A stretch of 59,151 nt of DNA, the filler included. It is 3 parts of 3 records of this genome, joined end to end, with 100 filler letters (N's around TTAATTAATTAA, not from the genome) between each part and the next. Parts side by side here need not be neighbours in the genome. Positions count along the whole stretch, not along the records: positions 27,199 to 44,958 come from SRR31156797_3071; positions 45,059 to 59,151 come from SRR31156797_3080; 1 more part is not named here. One strand, given 5' to 3'. Under the pieces are notes generated by a model. It was not told the origin of the DNA. It searched no databases and saw nothing but the letters and a program-made list of their open reading frames with translations. A program made the translations under genes and the position numbers. Below, in pieces: positions 37,800-46,657 of this stretch (positions are counted from its first letter, which is position 1; the number at the start of each line of letters is the position of its first letter).

Positions 37800-39236
37800 A
37801 TGGGTATTAAAACAAAAGATGAGTATATTGAATCTCTGCGGCAGATGAATCCGGTGGCCTATATGTTTGGTGAACGCATCACCAACGTGGTGGACAACCC
37901 GCGCCTTCGTGCGGGCATCGAAGCCACGGGCGCCACCTATGAAATTGCTGAAAAAGATGAATACCGGGACATGGTTGTCACCGAAAGCCCGCTGATCAAT
38001 GAGAAGGTCAACCGTTTTACGCTCCCCCCTTCCACTGTCGAGGATCTGGTGGCGCGGGTAAAAGTCAACCGGAACCTGGGAAGTTACGTGGGCACCTGCC
38101 ACCAGCGGTGTACCGGTCTCGACTGTTTGTGCACCCTCTCCATCGTCTGTTATGATATCGACCAGAAATATGGGACCCATTACCACGACAATTTCAAAAC
38201 GTTTCTCAAATATGTTCAGGAGAACGATCTCACCTGCAACGCCGGTGTCACCGACGTCAAAGGTGATCGTTCCAAAGGTCCCAAGGACCAGGATGACCAG
38301 GACATGTACCTGAGAATCGTGGAAAAAAGGGATGACGGCATTGTGGTTCGCGGCGCCAAGGCCCATCAGACCGGATCCCTCTCGGCCCACGAAATTATTG
38401 TGCTGCCCACCCGGGCCATGAGAAAAGGCGACGAAGATTATGCGGTTTCCTTTGCCATTCCCGCGGATACCAAAGGGTTGATCCATGTGGTGGGGAGATC
38501 CAGCCTCGACGCCCGGGAACTGGACGGATGCGATACGGGCAACCAGTTCTATTCCAAGTATTGCCCCACCCTGATTTTTGATGACGTATTCGTGCCATGG
38601 GATCGGGTGTTCATGTGCGGAGAGGTGGAATTCGCCGTGGATATGGTGGTCAAATTTTCGTCCTTTCACCGCCAGAGCCATGGGGGCTGTAAGTCGGGGA
38701 AAATCGACTGTATGATCGGTACGGCCCTGAACATGATGGAGTATAACGGCACCACCCGGCCGAGCCACTTGAAGCAGAAGGTCATTGATATGATCCACCG
38801 GGCCGAGACCCTGTACGGATGCTGCCTTGCCTCTTCCTACGAGGGGAGTGCCCAGCCGTCCGGCACCTATTTTATCGACACGGTCCTGGCCAATGCCTCC
38901 AAAATTCATGAAGGCAAGGAAATGGCCGAAGCCACCCGGTTGATGATCGATGTCTGTGGCGGATTTGTTTCGGACCTTCCTTCGGACCGCGACTTCGACA
39001 ACCCGGAAGTGGGGCATCTTCTCAAAAAATATATGAAAGGCGCCGACGGTGTTCCCGTGGAAAAGAGGGTCAAAATGTACCGCCTGGCGGAAAAACTGGC
39101 CATGGAAAGCGCGGATACCATCTCCGATATCCATGGGGGCGGTTCTCCGGAAGCCCATCGGGTGACCATTTTCCGGGAAACCAACGTGGATCAAAAGAAG
39201 AAGGCCTCACAGCGGTTGGCCGGCATTGAAGACTAA
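37800..39236 (+). CDS. 4-hydroxybutyryl-CoA dehydratase-like (AbfD / HpaB family) FAD, [4Fe-4S] enzyme
   Basis: C100-HQR-C104, TDVKGDRS, RGAKAHQTG, H290-RQSHGG-C297, HGGGSP; GGAGGA RBS. Confidence 0.85.
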   Translation: MGIKTKDEYIESLRQMNPVAYMFGERITNVVDNPRLRAGIEATGATYEIAEKDEYRDMVVTESPLINEKVNRFTLPPSTVEDLVARVKVNRNLGSYVGTCHQRCTGLDCLCTLSIVCYDIDQKYGTHYHDNFKTFLKYVQENDLTCNAGVTDVKGDRSKGPKDQDDQDMYLRIVEKRDDGIVVRGAKAHQTGSLSAHEIIVLPTRAMRKGDEDYAVSFAIPADTKGLIHVVGRSSLDARELDGCDTGNQFYSKYCPTLIFDDVFVPWDRVFMCGEVEFAVDMVVKFSSFHRQSHGGCKSGKIDCMIGTALNMMEYNGTTRPSHLKQKVIDMIHRAETLYGCCLASSYEGSAQPSGTYFIDTVLANASKIHEGKEMAEATRLMIDVCGGFVSDLPSDRDFDNPEVGHLLKKYMKGADGVPVEKRVKMYRLAEKLAMESADTISDIHGGGSPEAHRVTIFRETNVDQKKKASQRLAGIED

Positions 39237-40699
39237 TGACAACAAACCTTTATGATGTTCTGATTGTTGGGGCGGGCGTTGTGGGAAACGCCATTGCAAG
39301 GGAGCTGTCCCGTTACCGGTTAAACGTCGGGGTCCTGGAAAAAGACCTGGATGTGGGCATGGGCACCAGCTCCCGAAACAGCGGGGTCCTGCACTCGGGC
39401 ATCCACTACAAACCCGGCACCCTGCGGGCCCGCTTGAATGTTCAAGGCAACGAACTCATGAAGGGGCTCTGCCGGGACCTGAAGGTCAAGATTCAATACA
39501 TCGGTAAGCTCACGGTGGCCCAGGACCGGGTGGATATTGAAACCCTGGAGGCCTTGAAGGGACAGGGGGAAGCCAATGGCGTTCCCGGTCTTGAAATCAT
39601 TGATGTGGAGCGGATGCAGCAGATCCAGCCGGGTGTGGGCGGCATTCGCGCCCTTTATTCCCCCACCACCGGTATTATCTGCCCCTACGGCCTGACCATT
39701 GCCCTGGCCGATAACGCCCGGGAAAACGGGGTGGATTTTCACCTGGGTTCCCAAGTCACCGGTATTTTAAAGACCGGATACGGCTTTCAAGTGAAAACAG
39801 CCGGGGGTGGGGCATTTGAAACCAAGATGCTCATCAATGCCGCCGGCCTCTATAGCGATGCCATCTGCAAAATGGTGGGCCTGACCGAGTATGCCATCTA
39901 TCCCTGCAGGGGCGAATATCTGATCCTGGACAAACGCTTAAACGGCAGTCTCTCCACCTTGATATATCCGGCCCCCAGAAAGGGCGGGGCGGGTCTGGGC
40001 ATTCATTTGACCAACACCGTGGACGGTAATATCCTCATCGGGCCCAGCAACGAATATGTGGACCGGGCTGATGATTATGCCTGCACCGCCCACATTATCG
40101 ACCAGCTCAAAAAGGAAGGCCGGGCCCTATTGCCGGCCATCAGCACCTCTGATTTTATCCGGGGATTTTCAGGATTGCGTCCCAAACAGACTCCGCCTTC
40201 GGTGAAGGGTTTCAAAGACTTCGTCATCGAAGCCCGGAAAGACATTCCCGGTTTTATCAACCTGGTGGGCATTGAAAGCCCGGGGTTGACCTGCTCCCCG
40301 GCCATCGCACTCATGGTTCGGGATATGGTGGGTGAAAAGCTGCCCCTTGAGGAGAAGGGGCACTTTGTTGGGGAACGTAACGGTTTTCCGGGATCATTCC
40401 ACGACCTGCCCGAGGAGGAGAAATCGGACCTGGTGGCGCAGGATCCCGACTACGGCGAGATTGTCTGCCGTTGTGAGCAGATCACCAAGCGGGAGATTCT
40501 TCAGGCAATCGAAAACCCTTTGGGCAGCAGGACCATGGCCGGAATCAAGTATCGGTCCAGGGCCATGATGGGTCGGTGCCAGGGGGGATTCTGTATGCCC
40601 AGAATCGTTCAGATATTGGAGAGGGATTTCGGTTACCGGCCTGAAGACTATCGGCTGTACAGTCCTGATTCCTATTTATTTACGGGACACGTGCGTTAG
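39236..40699 (+). CDS. FAD-dependent oxidoreductase (GlpA/LhgO family) with C-terminal BFD-like [2Fe-2S] domain
   Basis: GAGVVG, TSSRNSGVLHSG, INAAGLY, RGEY, GIESPGL, CRCEQIT and GRCQGGFC. Confidence 0.88.
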   Translation: MTTNLYDVLIVGAGVVGNAIARELSRYRLNVGVLEKDLDVGMGTSSRNSGVLHSGIHYKPGTLRARLNVQGNELMKGLCRDLKVKIQYIGKLTVAQDRVDIETLEALKGQGEANGVPGLEIIDVERMQQIQPGVGGIRALYSPTTGIICPYGLTIALADNARENGVDFHLGSQVTGILKTGYGFQVKTAGGGAFETKMLINAAGLYSDAICKMVGLTEYAIYPCRGEYLILDKRLNGSLSTLIYPAPRKGGAGLGIHLTNTVDGNILIGPSNEYVDRADDYACTAHIIDQLKKEGRALLPAISTSDFIRGFSGLRPKQTPPSVKGFKDFVIEARKDIPGFINLVGIESPGLTCSPAIALMVRDMVGEKLPLEEKGHFVGERNGFPGSFHDLPEEEKSDLVAQDPDYGEIVCRCEQITKREILQAIENPLGSRTMAGIKYRSRAMMGRCQGGFCMPRIVQILERDFGYRPEDYRLYSPDSYLFTGHVR

Positions 40700-40712
40700 G
40701 AATTATTGAAGT

Positions 40713-41951
40713 ATGCATGAAATAAAACGTGATTTAGTGATTATCGGCGGTGGACCCGCGGGGCTTTCCGCCGCGGCCGCGGCCCGGCAGGCCGGATGCG
40801 AAGATGTCCTTTTGATTGAACGGGACAGGATACTGGGAGGCATTCTCAACCAGTGCATCCATGACGGTTTCGGGTTGCACCGGTTCGGCCAGGCGCTTAC
40901 GGGTCCTGAGTACGCTCAGCGACATATTGATGAAGTAAAGGATCTGAATATTGAGACCCTTCTGGGAACCATCGTGCTTTCCATGGACCGGGACCGCAAC
41001 CTCACCGTGAGCTCCAGGAAGGGCTACACCCGTATCCATGCCGGGGCCGTGGTCCTGGCCATGGGATGCCGGGAAAGAACGGCCGGCGCCATATCCCTGC
41101 CCGGGACCCGTCCTTCGGGCATCTACACGGCGGGGGCCGCCCAGAATTTTATCAATCTGCAGAACATCATGGTGGGCCGCCGTGCGGTCATCCTGGGTTC
41201 CGGCGATATCGGGCTCATCATGGCCAGAAGAATGACCCTTGAAGGGGCAAAGGTGGAAGCGGTTTTTGAAATTCTGCCCTATGCCAGCGGACTGCCTCGA
41301 AATATTCAGCAGTGTCTCAATGATTATGATATTCCGTTGTATCTCGGTACATCGGTGACCCGTGTGCACGGAAAGGATCGTCTGAATGGTGTCACCGTGG
41401 CGGAAATGAACAACTTTCAGCCGGTACCCGGTACCGATCGGTTTGTGCCCTGCGACACCCTGCTCCTTTCCGTGGGGCTCATTCCTGAAAATGAACTGTC
41501 CGCCGGGGCATCCGTCAAAATGGAGTCCAGAACCAGCGGCGCCTCCGTTGACGATACCTTCATGACCAGCATTCCCGGCGTATTTTCCTGCGGTAATGTG
41601 CTGCACGTTCATGATCTGGTGGATCACGTTTCCGAGGAGGCGGCCCTGGCGGGGGAATTTGCATGCCGATATCTTAATGGCGGTATTTCACACGGGGCCG
41701 GATCAATTGATATAGAACCCCGGGACGGCGTCAGATACGTCCTGCCGCAACATGTATCGGGACAATCGGATTTTACCCTGTCGCTCCGTGTGACCGAACC
41801 TTCGCGGGACCGCGCCATATGGGTTCGGGACGGGGATCGAAAAGTGGCCCGAAAGAAGCTTGTCCGGTTACACCCGGCTGAAATGATACGGATTAAAGTC
41901 AAGAAAGAAAAACTGGAAAACACTGGAAAACTGGAAGTGAGTGTGGAATGA
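40713..41951 (+). CDS. NAD(P)/FAD-dependent oxidoreductase (TrxB/HcnB-like)
   Basis: GGGPAGL, GGILNQCIHDGFG, AMGCRER, GSGDIG, CDTLLLSVGLIPENEL, GNVLHVHDLVD. Confidence 0.88.
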   Translation: MHEIKRDLVIIGGGPAGLSAAAAARQAGCEDVLLIERDRILGGILNQCIHDGFGLHRFGQALTGPEYAQRHIDEVKDLNIETLLGTIVLSMDRDRNLTVSSRKGYTRIHAGAVVLAMGCRERTAGAISLPGTRPSGIYTAGAAQNFINLQNIMVGRRAVILGSGDIGLIMARRMTLEGAKVEAVFEILPYASGLPRNIQQCLNDYDIPLYLGTSVTRVHGKDRLNGVTVAEMNNFQPVPGTDRFVPCDTLLLSVGLIPENELSAGASVKMESRTSGASVDDTFMTSIPGVFSCGNVLHVHDLVDHVSEEAALAGEFACRYLNGGISHGAGSIDIEPRDGVRYVLPQHVSGQSDFTLSLRVTEPSRDRAIWVRDGDRKVARKKLVRLHPAEMIRIKVKKEKLENTGKLEVSVE

Positions 41952-42322
41952 AACAAAAAGAACTCACCTGTATCGTGTGTCCCAATGGATGCCCGCTGGA
42001 AATCGATTTTGAAGAAGAACCATTCATCCAGGTCGTCCAAATCGAGGGGCATACCTGCGATAAGGGACCCAAGTGGGCGGAACAGGAATTGACCCGGCCC
42101 ATGAGGACCATCGCCGGCAATATCAAAGTGGAAAACGGAGATTTTCCGCTTGTGAGCGTTCGAACGGACGCGGCCATACCCAAAAACAGCATCTTTCAGG
42201 TCATGAATGAGATTCAATCCATTACCGTCAACGCCCCCGTATCCATCGGCGAGGCGCTCATCAGAAATCCCGCGGGTACGGACTGCAATATCATTGCCAC
42301 CCGCCATGTGAATCCCGCTTAG
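41948..42322 (+). CDS. DUF1667 family small metal-binding protein
   Basis: CIVCPNGC...GHTC.KG, P.RT, VSVRT..IPK, APV.IG; ATGA overlap with the upstream gene. Confidence 0.85.
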   Translation: MKQKELTCIVCPNGCPLEIDFEEEPFIQVVQIEGHTCDKGPKWAEQELTRPMRTIAGNIKVENGDFPLVSVRTDAAIPKNSIFQVMNEIQSITVNAPVSIGEALIRNPAGTDCNIIATRHVNPA

Positions 42323-42452
42323 CCCCTCACTTCCAAAGAATGTAATCGATAAGAGCGTGCGGTTGTCAGGGTGCAGAAAAATCAGCTTCAACTTTTATCC
42401 TGCCCCCTGACAACTGTCCCCTGCCCCCTTTCAGACAGATTCCTCAATTTTG

Positions 42453-42482
42453 TTGAACATCTTTCCATGGTTCTGGTATGCT
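42453..42482 (+). promoter_or_regulatory. Sigma70-like promoter for the FIST/kinase pair
   Basis: TTGAAC-N18-TATGCT with extended -10 TG. Confidence 0.45.
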
Positions 42483-42512
42483 GCCGGAAAATCGGAACAT
42501 GAGAGTGGGGGA

Positions 42513-43706
42513 ATGAGTATTATGGTTACAAAAGCCGGCGTGGGAATGAGCCATCATCGCAATCCGGTGATGGCCGGTCGCGAGGCGGTGGAGATGGCTT
42601 TAAAAGATGGTGGCATTGAAAAACCGGACTTTGTTTTCATGTTTGCCACAGTGGGCTATAATCAGCAGCTTCTCCTCAATTCCGTAAGGGAAGCCAGCGG
42701 CGGGGTGCCCCTTAGCGGGTGTTCGGGTGAGGGCACCATGATCAGGGGCGAGGTGGATGAATCCAATTTTTCCCTGGTGATAATGGCCATCAGCTCGGAT
42801 CAACTGCGCTTTGTTAACGGAATGGGCACGGGTCTTAAAACCGATTCAGAGGGTGTGGGTCGGAATGTGGCCAAAACCGTGGTGCCCGAGATGAATCCGG
42901 ATGCCTTGGCACTTTTTTTGTTTGCGGACGGCCTCACTTTCAACTTCGATCGATTCCTCGGCGGTCTTGAAGGAACACTGAACCTGGAACGTTTTCTGCC
43001 CCTGGTGGGTGGTGCCGCCGGAGACAACTGGCAGCTTGCGCGGACTTACCAGTATTGTAACGACAAGGTTTTCTCCGATGGTGTTTCCTGGGCATTGCTT
43101 TCAGGCGATGCCCGCATTGCCTGGGCCGTCAATCACGGCTGTGTCCCCACCGGCGTAGAACATCGGATCACCCGTTGCAAGGAGAACACCATCCATGAGA
43201 TTGACGGCCGACCGGCCCTCGAGGTCCTTAAAGAGTATCTGACCGACGATGAAATCGTCGATTGGGCCAAGGCGGTTATTCACCTGACCCTTGGCTTCGA
43301 GACGCCGGGGCATATGGAAGGGTATGATGATTACATGATTCGATTCATGCCCACCAAAGATGATGACAAAGGTTCCTTTACCATTCCCACGGAGGTAGTT
43401 GAGGGAACCAGCATCTGGATGACCCGCAGGGATTATGAAAAAGTGACCCGGGGTATTGATCATTTGGCGGCCCGGATCAACCATCAGCTGGGGGAAAACC
43501 CCCCCAGGCTGGTGTTTCAGTTTGACTGTTGCGGCCGGGGCAAAGTGTTTCTGCGTGAACACCAGAAAACCGCGCTTCAGGAACGTCTGCAGCAACAGAT
43601 ACCCGAGGCCCCGTGGGTCGGTTTTTATACTCTGGGAGAAATCGGTCCCGTGGGGAAGTTCAATTGCTTTCATAATTACACCGCCGTCATCGCAGCGGTT
43701 TATTAA
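42513..43706 (+). CDS. FIST/FIST_C signal transduction protein (NosP-like)
   Basis: GCSGEG, LFADGL, GGAAGD, HGCVP, EIDGRPA, DCCGR, GFYTLGEIGP, FHNYT. Start at 42513 or 42522. Confidence 0.88.
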   Translation: MSIMVTKAGVGMSHHRNPVMAGREAVEMALKDGGIEKPDFVFMFATVGYNQQLLLNSVREASGGVPLSGCSGEGTMIRGEVDESNFSLVIMAISSDQLRFVNGMGTGLKTDSEGVGRNVAKTVVPEMNPDALALFLFADGLTFNFDRFLGGLEGTLNLERFLPLVGGAAGDNWQLARTYQYCNDKVFSDGVSWALLSGDARIAWAVNHGCVPTGVEHRITRCKENTIHEIDGRPALEVLKEYLTDDEIVDWAKAVIHLTLGFETPGHMEGYDDYMIRFMPTKDDDKGSFTIPTEVVEGTSIWMTRRDYEKVTRGIDHLAARINHQLGENPPRLVFQFDCCGRGKVFLREHQKTALQERLQQQIPEAPWVGFYTLGEIGPVGKFNCFHNYTAVIAAVY

Positions 43707-43743
43707 CCCTTCGAACGCAGAACCCCCAAAGAGGTTTCCCGTC

Positions 43744-44958
43744 ATGACCGCAATGGATCATCCCGAAAAGGCGTTGGCGGTGCTTCGGTCTCAGTATGAG
43801 GAGGCCATGGGCCGCATTGAAGAACTTCGGAAAGAAAACCGGCAACTGAGCGGGCAGGTGAAACGCCTGAGCAAGACGGAGGTTGAACTTTACGGCATCC
43901 AGGGGCAATTGGATTCCCAGATGCAGTTTTATCATCAGCTCTATGAAGTGGGCAAGCGGTTCACCACCACCACCGAGTTGTCCGAAATCCTTCAGATCAC
44001 CCTTCAGTTCGTCCTCTATGAACTCAATTTCGAGCGCTGTCTCATCTTCATGCATGATGCACAGGAAAAGGTGTTCCGGGTTCAGGCCATGGACGGATAC
44101 TACGATGAAGAGAAACGTCCGGCCGTGGAAGCCCTGACCCTTCCGGAAGATGATCCCGTTCTTGTGCGGTTGCGGGATGCACCGCAACGGGTCATCTGCA
44201 CCGAAACCAGCCATGAGGAATCGTTAAAATTGCTGGGCCGCAAACTGAATATGGACGATTATGTTCTGCTGCCCCTGGGCGGAGAACCGGAAGACCCGCT
44301 GGGCCTTCTGGCGGCGGGCAATACCGCCGGCATGCGGTCATTTCAGGCCACCATTGAGGCGGAAAGCGATGCCGACGTTGGGCTTACCCGGATGGTGAGT
44401 CACACGTCCGCCGCCATCAATAGTGTGAATTTCTATCAAGCCCTGCGCGAAAACGAGCAGAAATATCGTACCCTCTTTGAAGATTCCCGGGACGCCATAT
44501 TCATCTGTGATCGCACCGGTGAAATGATGGATGCCAATCAGGCCATGCTGGACCTTTTTGGTTATACCCGATCCGAGATGATGCGGATGAACGTCTGGGA
44601 TACCAATATGGATCGGGAAGACGTGGACAGATTTGTAGGGGCCACCGACCAGACCGGATCGGTCAGGGATTTTGAGGTGAGGGTTCGAAAAAAGCATGGC
44701 GAACAAATGATCTGTCTGGTCACGGCCACATGCCGGCGGACCGATGCCGGCCATATCCTGGTTTACCAGGGGATTGTAAGGGACATCACCGAACAAAAAC
44801 GGGCGGAAGCGGATTTAAGGCAGTATCAGGCGCATCTCAAGGAATTGGTGGAGGAACGCACGGCCGAACTGGCGGAAGCAACCCGGGAGGCCCAGCAGGC
44901 CCGGGAAGCGGCCGATGACGCCAATGAAGCCAAGAGCAGCTTTCTGGCCAATATGAGC
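43744..44958 (+). CDS. GAF-PAS sensor histidine kinase (probably hybrid), truncated at the contig end
   Basis: Coiled coil, GAF, PAS (KYRTLFE...NQAMLDLFGY...RDITEQK), ANEAKSSFLANMS H-box at the break. Confidence 0.85.
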
Positions 44959-45058
44959 NNNNNNNNNNNNNNNNNNNNNNNNNNNNNNNNNNNNNNNNNN
45001 NNTTAATTAATTAANNNNNNNNNNNNNNNNNNNNNNNNNNNNNNNNNNNNNNNNNNNN
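44959..45058. other. Artificial contig linker (44N-TTAATTAATTAA-44N)
   Basis: Identical to the linker at 27099-27198. Confidence 0.97.
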
Positions 45059-45178
45059 ATCAGGATTAGCTAACAGCCCACCCCAATAATTAAGTCCACC
45101 CGCGGCAGCTTCTCGCCCAAAAAGAGTTTTGTATCTATCGTTTATGGCGCTGTCGAATTGTCCGTTGTATTCTGCCAT
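45059..45178 (-). CDS. Phage protein N-terminus with DUF4214-like motif, truncated
   Basis: Hand-translated MAEYNGQFDSAINDRYKTLFGREAAAGGLNYWGGLLANPD; AAGG RBS. Confidence 0.55.
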
Positions 45179-45189
45179 TGCTTACCTTT

Positions 45190-45672
45190 TTATTCAGGCC
45201 ATCCGGTTGTGATATCGGTTTCAAGATCCTTGCCAAGAGCCACGATCAATTCCTTCTCCCTGGTGTGGCAGGCCTGGACGTGTGCAAAGAGGGCTTTCCC
45301 GATGGAAATCATTGTTTCTGCGTCAAGTTGCACATAGCCATCAGCGCCTTTGAAATTAATGGTGGCGGTCGGGTCAAGCTGAACACCTAAAACAGCGCCA
45401 TCTATTTTTCTCTGGTCTTCTTGGTCTGTGCAGATAAATGTGCCGTCAGGGAGAGTGAAGCCGCCGAATTCTTTTTGTTGTCTGATGTTTTTGAGTTCAG
45501 CAAGCCTGGATTCTAACGTTACAGGCTCCATTGGAGTTTCCCATATGGTCCCGTTAAAGACGTCTTGTGGTGTGCTGGGTTTAAGTTCCGTAGCCTGGGG
45601 CGGGACTGTGGCGGATACCCCATGTCCGGTATATTTCCCGCCTTCATTATAATAATATACTTTTTTGTTCAT
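45190..45672 (-). CDS. Tail fibre assembly/chaperone protein (DUF4376-like)
   Basis: VPPQATELKP, R..KEFGGF, TDQEDQ..I.GA, FKGADG, HVQAC..RE; directly follows the fibre gene. Confidence 0.7.
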   Translation of the reverse strand: MNKKVYYYNEGGKYTGHGVSATVPPQATELKPSTPQDVFNGTIWETPMEPVTLESRLAELKNIRQQKEFGGFTLPDGTFICTDQEDQRKIDGAVLGVQLDPTATINFKGADGYVQLDAETMISIGKALFAHVQACHTREKELIVALGKDLETDITTGWPE

Positions 45673-45679
45673 GCCGCTC

Positions 45680-46657
45680 CTATGCCTTCATGATATACGC
45701 CAGGGCGTAATAAGGAGGTAGATTCGCATCTGTACCACTGACGCCAGTTGAAAAAATTCCCCCGTTTAATGTATGTGAGTGTGATCCGGCTGAGTCTGTC
45801 GTTGCAGTGCCAAGGGAGGTGGTGTCCCCTGATCTAACGCCATCATTTGCAGTAGAACTACCTCCGGTGATAGTATGGGTATGGGCCCCAGCCGAAACAA
45901 TAGAGAAGTTATCCCCGTGATTATGCGAGACAACAACCGCATCAGCACTTCCGCCTGTATCATCCACAGAATAAGAGTCTCCCGCACCAATAACGAAACG
46001 GTCTGTCAAATCTGGGGTCCCGTTTGATCCGTCGCACAAATACCACCCGGATGGGGTTGTTGCTATTGATCCGGACCACATTACTATAATGCCGGATGGG
46101 ATGTTTGCTGGCCCTACTTCGCCCTGCGGCCCCCGGCTACCGGAAATAGACAGTGCCCAGTCTGCAAAAGTTCCAGCGCCGCCAATATCCGTGACGTCAA
46201 CGATCAGTGTGGTCCCTGAATAGCTCGTCACCGTCCCGTGCATATAATTGGTATGATCCGCTGCGCTTACGGCTGAAACAAACTGCCCTGCCGTGAAGTT
46301 TTTTCCGGCCTGGGTGGTGAATGTTTTTGAATCTTCCTCGATCAAAAGACTGGTGGTGCTGGTAGACATCATTGCCGCTGCGTAGTTGTTCGCATCCAGG
46401 GCGCTTTGGGCTGACTCATCTGCACTTCCCGCAGCTTCATCCGCTGACCCGGATGCTTCGTTTGCTGATTCAGCGGCCGCTGATGCACTATTTCCGGCAT
46501 TGGTTTCTGCTGTTGTAATGGTATCCACATATCCATCAAGCGCAGCCTCAACAGCGTCGAATCCGGCCTCAACAGAATCCTTAAGTTCATTAATCTGGAT
46601 CGCCTTCGCCCTGGAAACCGCCGGGATATCAGCAGGTGGGGTGTAAAAATCACTCAT
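45680..46657 (-). CDS. Tail fibre protein with tail-collar domain
   Basis: Ala/Ser-rich shaft, IPSGIIVMWSG...PSGWYLCDGSNGTPDL.DRFVIGAG, H-x-H repeats, LPPYYALAYIMK. Confidence 0.85.
   Translation of the reverse strand: MSDFYTPPADIPAVSRAKAIQINELKDSVEAGFDAVEAALDGYVDTITTAETNAGNSASAAAESANEASGSADEAAGSADESAQSALDANNYAAAMMSTSTTSLLIEEDSKTFTTQAGKNFTAGQFVSAVSAADHTNYMHGTVTSYSGTTLIVDVTDIGGAGTFADWALSISGSRGPQGEVGPANIPSGIIVMWSGSIATTPSGWYLCDGSNGTPDLTDRFVIGAGDSYSVDDTGGSADAVVVSHNHGDNFSIVSAGAHTHTITGGSSTANDGVRSGDTTSLGTATTDSAGSHSHTLNGGIFSTGVSGTDANLPPYYALAYIMKA

Noticed and set aside
37779-39194. 471-aa minus-strand ORF (also 35921-36865, 40734-41627, 32863-33540)
   Set aside because: Antisense shadows of well-supported genes in GC-rich DNA, with no recognisable motifs.
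27099-45058. Apparent horizontal transfer or prophage integration suggested by abrupt changes in composition and taxonomy
   Set aside because: Both transitions coincide exactly with artificial N-TTAATTAATTAA-N linkers, so the three segments are separate contigs.
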